Source: Octopus sinensis (lineage: Eukaryota). From it: a stretch of 64,000 nucleotides of DNA. Below, one piece after another: positions 1-12,783 of the stretch. Made by a program: the position numbers and the translations under genes. Below the pieces are notes generated by a model. The model was not told the DNA's origin. It made no database searches and saw only the letters and a program-made list of their open reading frames with translations. Location: assembly GCF_006345805.1 (NCBI RefSeq), contig NC_043019.1, positions 25,729,360 through 25,793,359 on the forward strand, written 5' to 3'. The number at the start of each line of letters is the position of its first letter. The stretch's first letter is position 1.

Positions 1-590
1 GAATTAAGATAAGGGATGAAAATAAAAATGAGAATAAATCGAAGTAGAATAAAAGTAAAAATGAAAGTAAAAATAAAAATAAAATAAAATAAAATAAAAA
101 TATAATTTGGTAAAGTTTAACATGAGATGAAGGTGGTTGAAAGTTAGAGGTGTGTGTTAAAGGTGCCCACGTAGGGGCGGGCGGGGGGAACTGAAAATTG
201 GAAGGGTGGGAAGTGGAGTTTGGCGGTGTGCGTTCAACATCCGAGTTAGAAATGTGAAAGGGTATAGATATAGGGAAGTAAAGAGACTATATAGGAAGGA
301 TATGGGTGTAGGAGAAGAAATATGTAGGGAAAAGAAGACATATATGGGAGACAAAATTTGTATATATAGGAGGAAAATGCAGGGAAACATATATGCACAT
401 ACACACACCACACACACACACACACGCACATATACATATATATATACATATACGTACACATATGTGCACATACATATATATACGTACACGTATACGCATA
501 TACACGCACATATAGGAAAGCGGGATGTGCTGGAGCCGACAGGTTGCACCGGGTGGGAGGAAATGCATGGGGGGGGAGTGGTATAATAAC

Positions 591-1833
591 CTAAGCTTTG
601 TAGTATTTGAAAGTATTAATAAGTTTGTGTATACAGGATGGTTTGAACTCTGACCTTTTGTTAATAAGATTGTGTTTGTCTTTGAATTTCAAGATGTTCA
701 GGAGTTCTACCAACATAGTTGGCATCCTGCTCATTATTTAATAAATAAGGTGCAGCTGATCCGATGATGGACCACCTGAGTTTGAAGCCTATGCATTTGT
801 CTTTTAATTCCCAAATTCTTTTAGAAAGGGAGGTGCTGTTAGCCTTATGTCTATGTTTCAGCGAGGACCGGTGGTTGTAGTATCTGGATTTCAGGAGGTT
901 GAGCAACTATGTAGGTGAGTGTGTTAAACTGGGTACTCACCTAACATGAATATATTACGTTTTTCGCCCTACATGCGCCCTGTAGCGGGCACTCTGATGC
1001 ACATCTGCAGTTGCATTGCATTGCTTATTCGGTCGTGTGCTGCTAATCCCAGGCGGAGGTGTTGCAATACGAGTGGGGGCGTTGATATCCTCCTGGTTGT
1101 TGATGGGTGTAGTATTTCCTCTGTTGTGTTGGCGGGTGTTATTACTAACTGTTTGGGTAGTATGGCTGCCAGTCTGGTTATATTGTCTACTATCTAGATG
1201 AGGGGGGTTCTGTTGGTCGCTATAGTTGCTCCTGATCTAGCTGTTCTAATATTAATATAGTTATGTTTAGCTATGAGGCAGCTCATGTTGGGCAGGGTAG
1301 AGTAGGAAATCCTAATGGTTTTGTTGGAGAAGATACTTCTATACTTATGGGTGGGTGGGAAGTTGTTGGAAATGATAGAGAATATTCTCTTACATAACTT
1401 ACCCCTAACTGCTAAGTTGTAAGGTATGTTGAACCATATATATTTGCGTAATCTACTATTATCCCTTCTATTTCTCCTAATAGGATCTATATTGCTCTCG
1501 TCGGGAGGGTTACTATTGTGTGCTATTCTATTAGTTCGCCTATTTCCTATACGTTGTTTGGAGTTTAAATTAGAATTATCGCTAGTGTGAGTTGAGTGCT
1601 GAGTTCGATTATAATTGGGAGTTTTATGGCCGACGGACGTTCCGGGTGGTCTACATATGATATTTTCTGGTTATACCCGGCACTATAGAGAGCCTGGTTG
1701 TAGTGTTGTGCGTGATTATTGAAAATTTCTCTATTAGAGGATAATTTTGTAAGTCTGTCTGAGATGGCTTGGACCGTGGTGTTAATTATACAGGGTGGAT
1801 GGTTGGAAGAGGTATGGATGTATTTGGTAGTTT
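591..1833 (-). mobile_element. Decayed, 5'-truncated Penelope-like element (RT thumb/linker plus GIY-YIG endonuclease)
   Basis: Minus-strand translation across stops and frameshifts gives YIHTSSNHPPCIINTTVQAISDRLTKLSSNREIFNNHAQHYNQALYSAGYNQKISY, RKYIWFNIPYN, SIFSNKTIRISYSTLPNMS, CNCRCASECPLQGACRAKNVIYSC, SRYYNHRSSL..TSLSKRIWELKD..WSIIGSAAPY and NLINKRSE. This is the characteristic order of Penelope ORF C-terminal motifs. Confidence 0.9.
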
Positions 1834-1876
1834 CTTCGAATGGATGTATTTGGTAGTTTTATATATATAGATATAA

Positions 1877-2096
1877 TGTTTTGAATGACACAACAATGCA
1901 CTATAACACAAACAATGGACTATAATAACTGTTGTAATTTAATGATCCGTATCTATATGTATAAATATATAAATACAGTCTGAAGAAGGAATTTTTATTT
2001 AGAAATATTATATCAGACTATGGATTATTGAATTACAACAGTTCTTATAGTAGTCCATTGTTTGAATTATAGTGCATTGTTATGCCATTCAAAACA
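1877..2096. mobile_element. Foldback/MITE with about 75-bp terminal inverted repeats
   Basis: Left arm tgttttgaatgacacaacaatgcactataac...gatccgta (1877-1951) matches the reverse complement of 2019-2096 with about 8 substitutions and one 3-bp indel. The spacer is AT-rich. Confidence 0.8.
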
Positions 2097-2142
2097 GTTT
2101 ATTCTTTACAAACAATACACAATGCTTCAATTGAACTACAAT

Positions 2143-2555
2143 ACTCTTTACTCTTTTACTCTTTTACTTGTTTCAGTCATTTGACTGCGGCCATGCTGGA
2201 GCACCGCCTTTAGTCGAGCAACTCGACCCCGGGACTTATTCTTTTTGTAAGCCCAGTACTTATTCTATCGGTCTCTTTTTGCTGAACCGCTAAGTGACGA
2301 GGACGTAAACACACCAGCATCGGTTGTCAAGCAATGCTAGGGGAACAAACACAGACACACAAACACACACACATACATATATATATATACATATATACGA
2401 CAGGCTTCTTTCAGTTTCCGTCTACCAAATCCACTCACAAGGCATTGGTCGGCCCGAGGCTATAGCAGAAGACACTTGCCCAAGATGCCACGCAGTGGGA
2501 CTGAACCCGGAACCATGTGGTTGGTTAGCAAGCTACTTACCACACAGCCACTCCT
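2143..2555 (-). mobile_element. tRNA-derived SINE family A, full length
   Basis: On the minus strand: A box tggctgtgtggt, B box ggttcagtcc, cttgggcaagtgtctt core, internal (TA)/(TG) tract and (gtaaaaga)n tail. Many homologues occur in the window. Confidence 0.9.
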
Positions 2556-2985
2556 ATCTTTTTATAAAATTCCTAATATTTGATTATAAAAAAAATATAA
2601 TGGGATTTTTTTAAACATCGGATGGCTATGAGGATCCATCCAAGGAAAATCGGGATCAAAGAGTTCGAAACGCAAATGATCTTTGAGAAGAACTGATCCT
2701 GACGACTGTTTTGAGGTCAGTTTAAAATTAGAGAAAGAAATTTCTCAGACGCATTTTTAATGACATTTTCGATTATATATTCTATTTTTGATAGTAATAG
2801 TAGCTGTGATGGTTGTGGTTTTCGTGGTGAGGGTACAGGTTGTGGTGGTTTTGGTGATGGTGTTGGTGGTGGTACTAACGGTGGTATTGATAGTAATGGT
2901 GCCATTACTTCTAGAGAACGACACTGTTGCTGTTGCTTCTGGTGGGAGATGATGGAAGTGGGGGAATAAAGGAAAGAACCAAAAG

Positions 2986-3023
2986 TTGATAGATAGATAA
3001 ATAAGATAGATAACATAGATATG

Positions 3024-3105
<82 letters not shown>

Positions 3106-3140
3106 TAAAGATTGACAGACATGTAGATAGAAAGAAAGAT

Positions 3141-3230
<90 letters not shown>

Positions 3231-3264
3231 AAAGATTGACAGACATGTAGATAGAAAGAAAGAT

Positions 3265-3301
<37 letters not shown>

Positions 3302-3302
3302 A

Positions 3303-3355
<53 letters not shown>
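2986..3355. repeat. Compound (TAGA)n/(GAAA)n microsatellite with an internal tandem duplication of about 124 bp
   Basis: The non-repeat block ataaagattgacagacatgtagatagaaagaaag occurs twice (about 3105 and 3229). Confidence 0.9.
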
Positions 3356-4362
3356 GGGGACAAGAAAGAGAGAGAGAGCTTTAAATGAGAGCAGTGAGGT
3401 GAATAGGTTAGAAAGGGGGAAATATGAAAAAGAATGCACTAGAAATAGTCAACGAGAAAAGTCAAAAGGTTGTTTAGTTTGATATGTTGGTGCATTTATC
3501 GAAGTCAAGTGAAGCAGAAATCTAAAATAGAATCAGTAGTAACAAGGTTAAATGCCTCTTACTTCTCATTTCACAATCACATCACATTTAAAAAGATAGA
3601 AAGAAGAAAAAAAAATGATCCTCAAGAAAAATTATGCAAATCGAATATGGCGGCTTCCTATTGACAATTGTATAACGTTATGAGGTATTTTCAAGCAAAA
3701 TGTTTATTGTGTTTTAACCTAAAAAGATTGTACTTGATAATGCAGCTGCTAGATGTAGTAATTTTAATTGATTCCAATCACTTATGTTCTTCCTCTTGTT
3801 ATTGTTGCCATTTTATTTCAACCATTTCAATGAATATATCCCATTTATTGTATTTAGGTTTTATTTTGGTATTTACTGCTGTTATTTTTTCATGTTTCTT
3901 TTTTCCTTCGTTTTTTTTGGGGGGGGGGATTTTTTTCCATAATATTTTATTTCCCTACATTATTTGCTAAAATCAATAATGTGTTCTTCAATAAATTTCT
4001 CGAATTCCTTCATTTAGATTTGTAAATGAATTTTAGGTTAATTATTTTTTTGCTAATTTAATTTTTTTCTATCATTTATGTCTTTCAATGAGATTTTCAA
4101 TTTGTTCATCAAATTTTATATCATGTTTTTAGATGTAGATTCTAATAAATTCCCCACGTGTGTGATCCATTTCTTTTTTTCTTTTCTTCTCTTTATCCTA
4201 AGCGGCCGATTTTATGATACAATGATTACATGACATGAATATTTATGTTGGTATTTTTCACTATTTTAAGCAATGTAAACTCAGCGAAACGAATGTTCAA
4301 ATCAAAATTTCAATACATTTCAAATTGTTAAATTATTGAAGAATGTTACATTTATTTCTACC

Positions 4363-4398
4363 TCTCTCTCTCTCTCTCTCTCTCTCTTCCCTCCCTCT

Positions 4399-4429
<31 letters not shown>

Positions 4430-4763
4430 TTGTGTGTCGCTATGAGTGTATGTATATACATACACGCATGCATACATACATGCGTACATACATACGTGTG
4501 TGTATATACAGACATATATGTAATGGTAGGAATATGTGTGCGTGAGTGTATATAGCATATATATACATATATATATACATATAATATATATATATATATA
4601 TTATATATATAATAATTTACATATGCATATATATACGTATATTATATAAAATATCTACGTATGTATATATTTATATGTATATATATACACGTATATATAT
4701 AAATATATATCATATATGTATATATATTTATATGTACATATATGTATTGTATATATATGTATG

Positions 4764-4801
<38 letters not shown>

Positions 4802-4846
4802 ATATATATATAATATGTATATATATATAAATATATATATCATATG

Positions 4847-4898
<52 letters not shown>

Positions 4899-4910
4899 AT
4901 ATATGTAACC
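4363..4910. repeat. (CT)n followed by compound (TA)n/(CATA)n microsatellites
   Basis: Read directly from the sequence. Confidence 0.95.
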
Positions 4911-5279
4911 TGTTTTGTTTGGAGTTCTTTGTGGAATAACGGGCACTTTAATATTATTATTATTATTATTATTAAAAATATTACATATTTTTTTAGATAT
5001 TTTCTCATGATTTCCTCGCAGTTTGCATCTATAAAATTTTTAAATCCATCATTTGAGTTTCAACGCGTTACACCAAACCATGAATAAACACTAATAAAAT
5101 ATGAGAACAAAAAATAACACTCAAATTACAAACCCTTTTATGAATAACGAACCACAAACGTGTAAAGCCAGCGAACAAGTTCCTAACGAGAAATGTAATT
5201 TACGATTTAATTACAAACCTGAAAATTGTAAACTTCATGCTTCAGATATACATACATGCTCGCATGTTCACATCAAGGC

Positions 5280-5475
5280 ATACATTCATACATACATACA
5301 TACATACATACATACATACATACATACATACATACATACATACATACATACATGCATGCGTACGTACATACATACGTACATAACATACATACATATATGT
5401 ATATATATATATTAGAGAGAGAGGAGAAAGAGAGAGGAAGAATAGATAGAGAGACAAATAGAGAGAGAGAGAGAC

Positions 5476-5570
<95 letters not shown>
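5280..5570. repeat. (CATA)n, (GA)n and (TAGA)n microsatellites
   Basis: Read directly from the sequence. Confidence 0.95.
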
Positions 5571-5572
5571 AA

Positions 5573-5820
5573 TGCGGTGAAGGCACGTGGCTTAGGGGCT
5601 AGAACTATTCAGTTCACGATCGTAAGGTCGTGAGTTCGATTCCCAACAGCGTGTTCTGTCCTTGAGCAAGTCATTTCATTTCACGCTGCTCCAATCCGAT
5701 CAGCCTTGTCACATTCTGTGTCTCGCCGAGTCTCCCAGAAAACTACACTAAGGTAAACGTGTCTGCGGAATGCTCAGCCACTTGTACGTTAATCTCACTA
5801 GCAAGGTGGGCTAACGAAAT
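5573..5820 (+). mobile_element. Chimeric SINE: family D-like head and core joined to a family C-like 3' half
   Basis: The head (gagttcgattccc) and core (gtccttgagcaagtcatttcatttcacgctgctcca) resemble family D. The following ccttgtcacattctgtgtctcgccgag...tgctcagccacttgtacgttaat matches family C at about 26330-26420. Confidence 0.65.
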
Positions 5821-6788
5821 ACCAGTCTTATAATTTATATACATGCCCAAGAATGTATGTGTCACTTTCCCACCAGTTCAACAACAAAAATTAATCGTAA
5901 TGCACTAAGTCACACCTTACACGGCAAAACTTGATAGGAAAACATTGGTGTACAACACATCTATAGTATGCAGAATTCTTCACAAAAAGCATTAACTCAC
6001 AAGGATGGAATCAATGCTAATCATACAGTACAATGCTAAAATAAAAACATCCAGATAATATAGACCTGTCACAAACAAAAATAAACATCGTACAAGATTT
6101 GTACGTTTGTAGTGAAGCCTACGCCGAGAAACTTCACTCTGGTTATAAGCGTGAGAAGGAAAATAAGAAAATCACATCCGCCTGAAGATTAGCCAACGGA
6201 GATCGAGAGAGGTGTAGGTACACATATTAATAGATCACATTAATGCAATAATGTATATAATATACATAACATTAAGCAATTAGCAGCAGATGATATGTAG
6301 CAGAAACTGTTGCTTTTATTTGGAATAAAGCCTGTGTAATCCATCTTCTTGTAATAGAATTTCTTACGTATAAATTCTGCGAATATTAACGGATTTCCAC
6401 ATGTATGTCCCGTAAAGGAAGTGCTACACTATGATGGCACCTGGTAGCCGACACCTGTAAAGGAACTTTGGAATGCACTATATAATTTTATTGCCCAGAT
6501 GATATTAACTTATATATATACATATATTAAGCTATACATATGTTAGTATGTATGTATGTATGTATGTATGTATGTATGTATGTATGTATGTATGTATGTA
6601 TGCATGTATGTATTATGTATGTAATGTATGTATGTATGTATGTATGTACGTATGTACGTATGCATGATTATGTATGTATGTAAGTATGTATGTACGATAT
6701 GTATAAGGCGGCGAGTTAGAAGAATCGTTAGAATGCTGGACAAAATGTTTAGTACTGTGGGGGTGCGTGTGCGTGTGTGTTTGCGTGC

Positions 6789-6819
<31 letters not shown>

Positions 6820-7299
6820 GGGGGGGGGGGTGTATGCGTGCGTGTAGTAACCTGGCTGGTTTGTCGGTTGATTTCCAAGTTACGTTTTCCATTGTATAGA
6901 CAAAGGTGGAGAGAGAGAGAGAAAAATAGATGCGGAGAAAGAGTTAATATTCCAAGCGCGAGAGAAATATTTCACAAAATTTCCGTCAACTATATTTTTA
7001 ATGAAATTTGGCAGACATAGGTTTTCGATAGACTCTATTGCAATTATGTTGATATAATTGAGAAAAATAATAACATACTAACACAAATTTATTCTAATTA
7101 TACAAATGAGAAATTTATTTTATTTTATTTTATTTTATTTTATTTTATTAAAAGGTAATGAATAAATTTATTTTGGAAATTAGTATTCGATTAATCATTT
7201 TAAATATGCACCAAGAAATATGAGAAAAGTTAAATTATAATTATAGTATATATGTATGCCGTATCTCCTGATATTACCTATGGGGTTAAAAGCCTTTTC

Positions 7300-7751
7300 C
7301 CATAGTTACCAATATGTATGAGAGTAGAAAAACACTAGAAGGAAAATGACCATCTTTGGTTTCAAGACTAAAGGTTTCCTTCCATCAGGATAATATTCGA
7401 CCACATACAGTGAGTATGGCATTCCAAAGGTTGGAGCAGTTTGAATGAGAAACAATGCCCCACCAACCATATTCGCCGGACATATGATTATCATTTATTG
7501 CGCAGTCTTCAAAATCATTTGGATGGAAAAAACATGAATTCTGTAGATGAGGACAGAACAATATTGGAGGAATAATTTTCGTCAGAGACAAGTGAATTTT
7601 GGAAGAGGTTCCTTGCAAGTCTACCAGTTAGATGGAAGAGCATTGTAGAAAATCAAGGAGAGTATATTTTAGGTTAAAAGAGAACTTTGTTTATCTTAAT
7701 TTTGAAAAATAAAAGTATTAAAACCCGCATTATTTATGGGATGATCCAATA
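7300..7751 (+). mobile_element. Decayed mariner (DD34D) transposase C-terminus plus right TIR
   Basis: Translates to FHQDNIRPHT..LEQFE*ETMPHQPYSPDI / YHLLRSLQNHLDGK..FWKRFLASLPVRWKSIVENQGEYI*. It ends with ttatttatgggatgatccaata followed by TA. Confidence 0.88.
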
Positions 7752-7774
7752 TATTACATACATACAAACATATA

Positions 7775-8039
7775 CGAGGAAGCGCTGGAAAGTGCCTGGC
7801 TTTAGGAATATCGCGAAAGGCATTGTTCGAGACCCAACCTTCCGATTTCTTGTACAGGGCTTAGAGAGATTGAAGGACCGCTGCAGTAAGTGTGTGAATC
7901 TGAGAGGGAAATATGTTGAATAAAATCATAATTAATTAACACACTTATTGCAGCGGTCGTTCAGTTTTTCTAAGTCTTGTAAAAGAACTGGGAAAGTTGG
8001 ACGAAAGCCTTAGAGACAAGAACTTTTCAGCACACCTCG
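7775..8039 (+). mobile_element. Internally deleted mariner (MITE) with TA target duplication
   Basis: The ends TA-cgaggaagcgctggaaagt and acttttcagcacacctcg-TA are inverted repeats. The interior encodes FLVQGLERLKDRCSKCVNLRGKYVE*, a mariner C-terminal helix motif. Confidence 0.8.
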
Positions 8040-8048
8040 TATATGCGT

Positions 8049-8090
<42 letters not shown>

Positions 8091-8144
8091 GTGTGTGTGT
8101 GTGCGTGTGTGTGTGTGTGCGTGTGTGTGTTGTGCGTGTGTATT

Positions 8145-8189
<45 letters not shown>

Positions 8190-9621
8190 GGGGAGAGAGA
8201 GAGAGAGAGAGAGTGTGTGTGAGAGATGAAAGGATGGAGGGATGGATATCATTGTTCAATTTTATTTCAAGATTTCTTGCCAATAGATTATACAGTTGGT
8301 TTCTAGCCTAGATCCAAGGCTCCTTCATTGGAATATCAACATCAACAACAGGGCATTTTTGTTTGTATGTATGTAAATGTACAGATTTGTATAATTTGCT
8401 TTATGTATGTATTCTCACGCATATAGTTGCATATGAAGACATGCGCATATTTAAACGATAAACTTCTAGAAAGTTTTACAGATTTTTACAGTTCCAGTGA
8501 TGGATTAGATCTGTAGTCTTCGAATTAGCTTTCTGATTTTAAGAAGCCTAATTTCTAAAGATTGGTATTTAGGCAGTGGGTTACAAATCCCAGGACTCCA
8601 ATAATTACAGGTATAAACTTGAACTTGTAATCTGGATAGAGTAACTACTGATGTACATATATATAAAGCACGTGTCTTTTCAATGTTCAATGCTAAAGAG
8701 GAGATAACTATCTCGAACTGCATGCATACTTTGATCTGGATAGAGGTCGCTTTGAATTCACATCATGTATTACGTCTTTTTGTCTACAGTGAGATTTTTT
8801 ATCCATGACAACAAGCAGTGAATGGCTTTCATGCTTGTTCGAATATGCCTTAAGCAAATTTGAACTGATTACAAGTGTTTGAGTGTGTGTATGTGTGTGT
8901 GTTTGTATGCATATATAATATATGAAACAGACGGAGAGTATGTATGTGTTTATGTGTGTGTGCGTGTATGGGCATGTGTATGTGTGCGCATCTGCGTGTG
9001 TATGTAAACAGAGATAGTGTGCGCGCGCTCAAAGAAACAAAATACTGTCATTGTTTGTCAAAGATGTCCATCTGTCAAATCACTCAACCAAACAAAGCCA
9101 GAGAGAGAGAGAAAGAGAGAGGCAGTGGGGAGAGGGAGAGAGAATAAAGAGACAGACAGACAGACAGAAAGTAATGGAAGGAGAGAAAGGGATATTGATT
9201 AACTGATGTTTGTGAATTACTCTAAATTAGGATTTAGCATGTAATCTGTTTGATAAACTATTATTTCATGAGATGAAAGGATATCAAAATAGCTATGTCA
9301 TTCCCCAATATCCTAAACTAATGATATCGAATAAATAGCAAAATCAAGAAACCAATCGTAACGTTGATCGATTTGTTTCGTCATCAGAATATTAGATTAA
9401 AAGAATGAGTGATTTTTAATGCAACTCTCCTTTGTCAAATTCTTGATTAGCCAAATGATATATGACTAGAATGAAACGAGTGCGATGTTTAATCATATGA
9501 ACTTATAAAGCGGAGAGCCGACGAGGGAGCCGCCGTGATATGCTTGTTTTTATGCTAGAAAAAGCAGCCAAATAATCTTCGATTCACATAAACAGAGTTC
9601 TGAAAAGGGAGACGGAACTAA

Positions 9622-9659
<38 letters not shown>

Positions 9660-9679
9660 ATGTATCGTCGTATTTGGGT

Positions 9680-9878
9680 AGTATTTGCCCTCTTCCACTG
9701 CCTGACAACCGGTATTTGTTTGTTTACGTTCCCATAATTTAGCTCTTCGGCAAAAGACACCGATAGAATAAGTACCAGACTGAAAAAGAAACTAAGTACG
9801 GGAGTCGATTTGTTCGATCAAACCTTTCAAAGTGGTGCACCAGCATGGCCACAGCCCAATGATTGAAACAAGTATAAG
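9680..9878 (+). mobile_element. SINE family A, 3' half
   Basis: Contains cggcaaaagacaccgatagaataagtacc...ccagcatggccacag...tgaaacaagt. Confidence 0.8.
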
Positions 9879-10320
9879 AGAAAAAAATACGTTTTAAAAG
9901 GTGAGATGGTCAAAACTGGAATGGATTTTTATCGTACGTGAACACGGACCAGAGATTGTCGGCTTTGACTCGGGGTTACACAACAACAACAGTAACAACA
10001 ACAGCAACAACAACAGCAACAATAACAACAACAACAGCATATCAAAGGCAGTGCGAACATCAATGACATTAGTTACAGGCGACACACAAAGGGACATAAC
10101 TCGTAAATGGTTGATTAATTTATCAAACAAAATGGCAGAACTGCATTTACATTTGTTTCGTTTAAACATCAAACACCCGACGAAATATCTTAATGATGTT
10201 TAACACAGATAAAAGTTCCTGATGCCGTTATCAGCTCTTTTATCTACTATAATGTTTGCTCACTTAGCGTGTTGTTCATTTCTAACTATTACTGTTATCA
10301 TTACTATTATCATTATAATT

Positions 10321-10490
10321 CAATAGACTTATTTTTATTACGTGCTTTCACTACACTGCCGAGCGCAGTGGTTTGTTTTGGTGTTGTTATTTTCGCTGCA
10401 TTAAAAGTGCTTTGCGTAAGATATGTGCGGTGTCTAGAAGTTCTATTTTCTGTATGTTATACAGATTCTGTATATATTCTGTATATATTA
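10321..10490 (-). mobile_element. R4/Dong-clade non-LTR retrotransposon, extreme 3' end
   Basis: Minus strand reads YNIQKIELLDTAHILRKALLMQ, then the 3' UTR gcgctcggcagtgtagtgaaagcacgtaataaaaataa. It is homologous to 13915-14050. Confidence 0.8.
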
Positions 10491-10502
10491 CAAGGATCTC
10501 AG

Positions 10503-10617
10503 ATAGACAGTACTTTACGCGAGGTCCTTGTTCTGACTTGACAAACAGTACAAATTCCCCTAGACACAGTATCTTCAATCAACAACCTTAAGATATTGTA
10601 TACTGTGTGACGTATAT
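10503..10617. mobile_element. Partial copy (core plus right TIR) of the 217-bp GACGTC-ended TIR element
   Basis: Contains agacagtactttacgcgaggtccttg...tagacacagtatcttcaatcaacaac...tgtgacgtatata followed by (TAA)n. Confidence 0.85.
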
Positions 10618-10624
10618 AATGATG

Positions 10625-10688
<64 letters not shown>

Positions 10689-10723
10689 TAATAATAATAA
10701 TAATAATAAAATAATAAAATATA

Positions 10724-11020
10724 AGTTTCTGCAAGTGCTCCACCCTTATTGCAGCCCCTATTTGTTCCACGTACTTCTCGAGATTTTTGCTCCCTGTTCC
10801 CAAGGGCTCCGAAAATTATTGGTACTACTGCTACCTCTTTCATCGACCACAACTGCTTAACTTCCCAAGCTAGCCTGACATTTCTATCGACTTTTCTTTC
10901 TTCCTTATCGCATACCTTGTTGTCAGCTGGGTATGCTATATCTATGATCCAGCATAGTTTGCTTTCTTTCTCAATTTAGACTGTGTCTCGCTTCCTATTC
11001 TCTATCTCATGGTCGCACTA
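10724..11020 (-). mobile_element. R4/Dong-clade fragment encoding a restriction-like endonuclease (RLE) domain
   Basis: Minus strand reads CDHEIENRKRDTV*IEKESKLCWIIDIAYPADNKVCDKEERKVDRNVRLAWEVKQLWSMKEVAVVPIIFGALG / SKNLEKYVEQIGAAIRVEHLQK, a decayed PD..D..E..K RLE signature. Confidence 0.88.
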
Positions 11021-11081
<61 letters not shown>

Positions 11082-11098
11082 CATCATCATCATTATCA

Positions 11099-11129
<31 letters not shown>

Positions 11130-11130
11130 A

Positions 11131-11347
11131 GACGTCGCACAGTATACAATATCGTGAGATTGTTAATTGAAGACACTGCGTCTAAGTGGGTGGGGTTGTA
11201 GTGTTTGTCATGTGACATGAAGGAACTCACACAGACAGTACTTTACGCGAGGTCCTTGTCACTTGACAAACAATACTAAGTCCGCTCCGTCGGTAGACAC
11301 AATATCTTCAATCAACAACTTCACGATATTGATTACTGTGTGACGTC
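11131..11347. mobile_element. 217-bp TIR element (MITE), copy 1
   Basis: 54-bp inverted arms begin gacgtc. It is flanked by (TTA)n-tata on the left and tata-(TAA)n on the right. Confidence 0.9.
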
Positions 11348-11399
<52 letters not shown>

Positions 11400-11502
11400 T
11401 AATAATAATTATTATTATTATTATTATTATTGTTGTTGTTTTTGTTGTTGTTATTATTATTATTATCGTCATTATCATCATCATTATCATTATTAGTATT
11501 AC

Positions 11503-11569
<67 letters not shown>

Positions 11570-11652
11570 GTTATTATTGTTGTTGTTTTTGTTGTTATTA
11601 TTATTATTATTATTATCGTCATTATCATCATCATTATCATTATTAGTATTAC

Positions 11653-11686
<34 letters not shown>

Positions 11687-11737
11687 GTTATTATTGTTGT
11701 TGTTGTTATTATTATTATTATTATCGTCATTATCATC

Positions 11738-11768
<31 letters not shown>

Positions 11769-11839
11769 CTATTATTATTATTATTATTATTACTATCATC
11801 ATCATCATCATCATCATTATTATTATTATTATTATTATA

Positions 11840-12056
11840 GACGTCACACAGTATACAATATCGTGAGGTTTTTAATTGAAGATACTGTGTCTAAGAGGGT
11901 GGGGTTGTAGTGTTTGTCCTGTGACATGAAGGAACTCACACAGACAGTACTTTACGCGAGGTCCTTGTCACTTGACAAACAATACTAAGTCCGCTCCGTC
12001 GGTAGACACAATATCTTCAATCAACAACATCACGATATTGATTACTGTATGACGTC
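11840..12056. mobile_element. 217-bp TIR element (MITE), copy 2
   Basis: The arms match at 47 of 54 positions. The 109-bp core is nearly identical to copies 1 and 3. Confidence 0.9.
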
Positions 12057-12519
12057 TATTATAATAATAATAATAATAATTATTATTATTATTATTATTA
12101 TTATTATTGTTGTTGTTTTTGTTGTTGTTATTATTATTATTATCGTCATTATCATCATCATTATCATTATTAGTATTACTATTATTATTATTATTATTAT
12201 TATATTATTGTTATTATTATTATTATTATTAATTATTATTATTATTGTTATTATTGTTGTTGTTTTTGTTGTTATTATTATTATTATTATTATCGTCATT
12301 ATCATCATCATCATTATCATTATTAGTATTACTATTATATTATTATTATTATTATTATTATTATTGTTATTATTGTTGTTGTTGTTATTATTATTATTAT
12401 TATCGTCATTATCATCATCATTATCATATTATTATTATTATTACTATTATTATTATTATTATTATATTACTATCATCATCATCATCATCATCATTATTAT
12501 TATTATTATTATTATTATA

Positions 12520-12734
12520 GACGTCACACAGTATACAATATCGTGAGGTTTTTAATTGAAGATACTGTGTCTAAGAGGGTGGGGTTGTAGTGTTTGTCCT
12601 GTGACATGAAGGAACTCACACAGACAGTACTTTACGCGAGGTCCTTGTCACTTGACAAACATACTAAGTCCGCTCCGTCGGTAGACACATATCTTCAATC
12701 AACAACATCACGATATTGATTACTGTATGACGTC
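12520..12734. mobile_element. TIR element (MITE), copy 3 (215 bp)
   Basis: Same as copy 2 apart from two single-base deletions. Confidence 0.9.
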
Positions 12735-12750
12735 TATTATAATAATAATA

Positions 12751-12783
<33 letters not shown>

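Noticed and set aside
174-220. G-rich stretch as a G-quadruplex
   Set aside because: Only three closely spaced G-tracts are present and the fourth is about 15 nt away. The support is too weak to call.
2717-2980. Pro/Thr-rich minus-strand ORF segment after an acceptor-like pyrimidine tract
   Set aside because: The composition is explained by degenerate (CCA/CTA/ACA)n. No recognisable homology or partner exon.
9375-9387. CTGATGA immediately followed by CGAAAC on the minus strand
   Set aside because: There is no room for stem II, and no stem I or GUH, so it is not a hammerhead as it stands.
9901-10203. 100-aa ORF with an Asn run
   Set aside because: The Asn run is an (AAC)n tract, the flanks show no recognisable domain, and there is no convincing splice pair.
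11131-12734. Repeat-spacer-repeat layout superficially like a CRISPR array
   Set aside because: The repeats are 217-bp TIR elements and the spacers are homologous microsatellite tracts in eukaryotic DNA. There are no cas genes.
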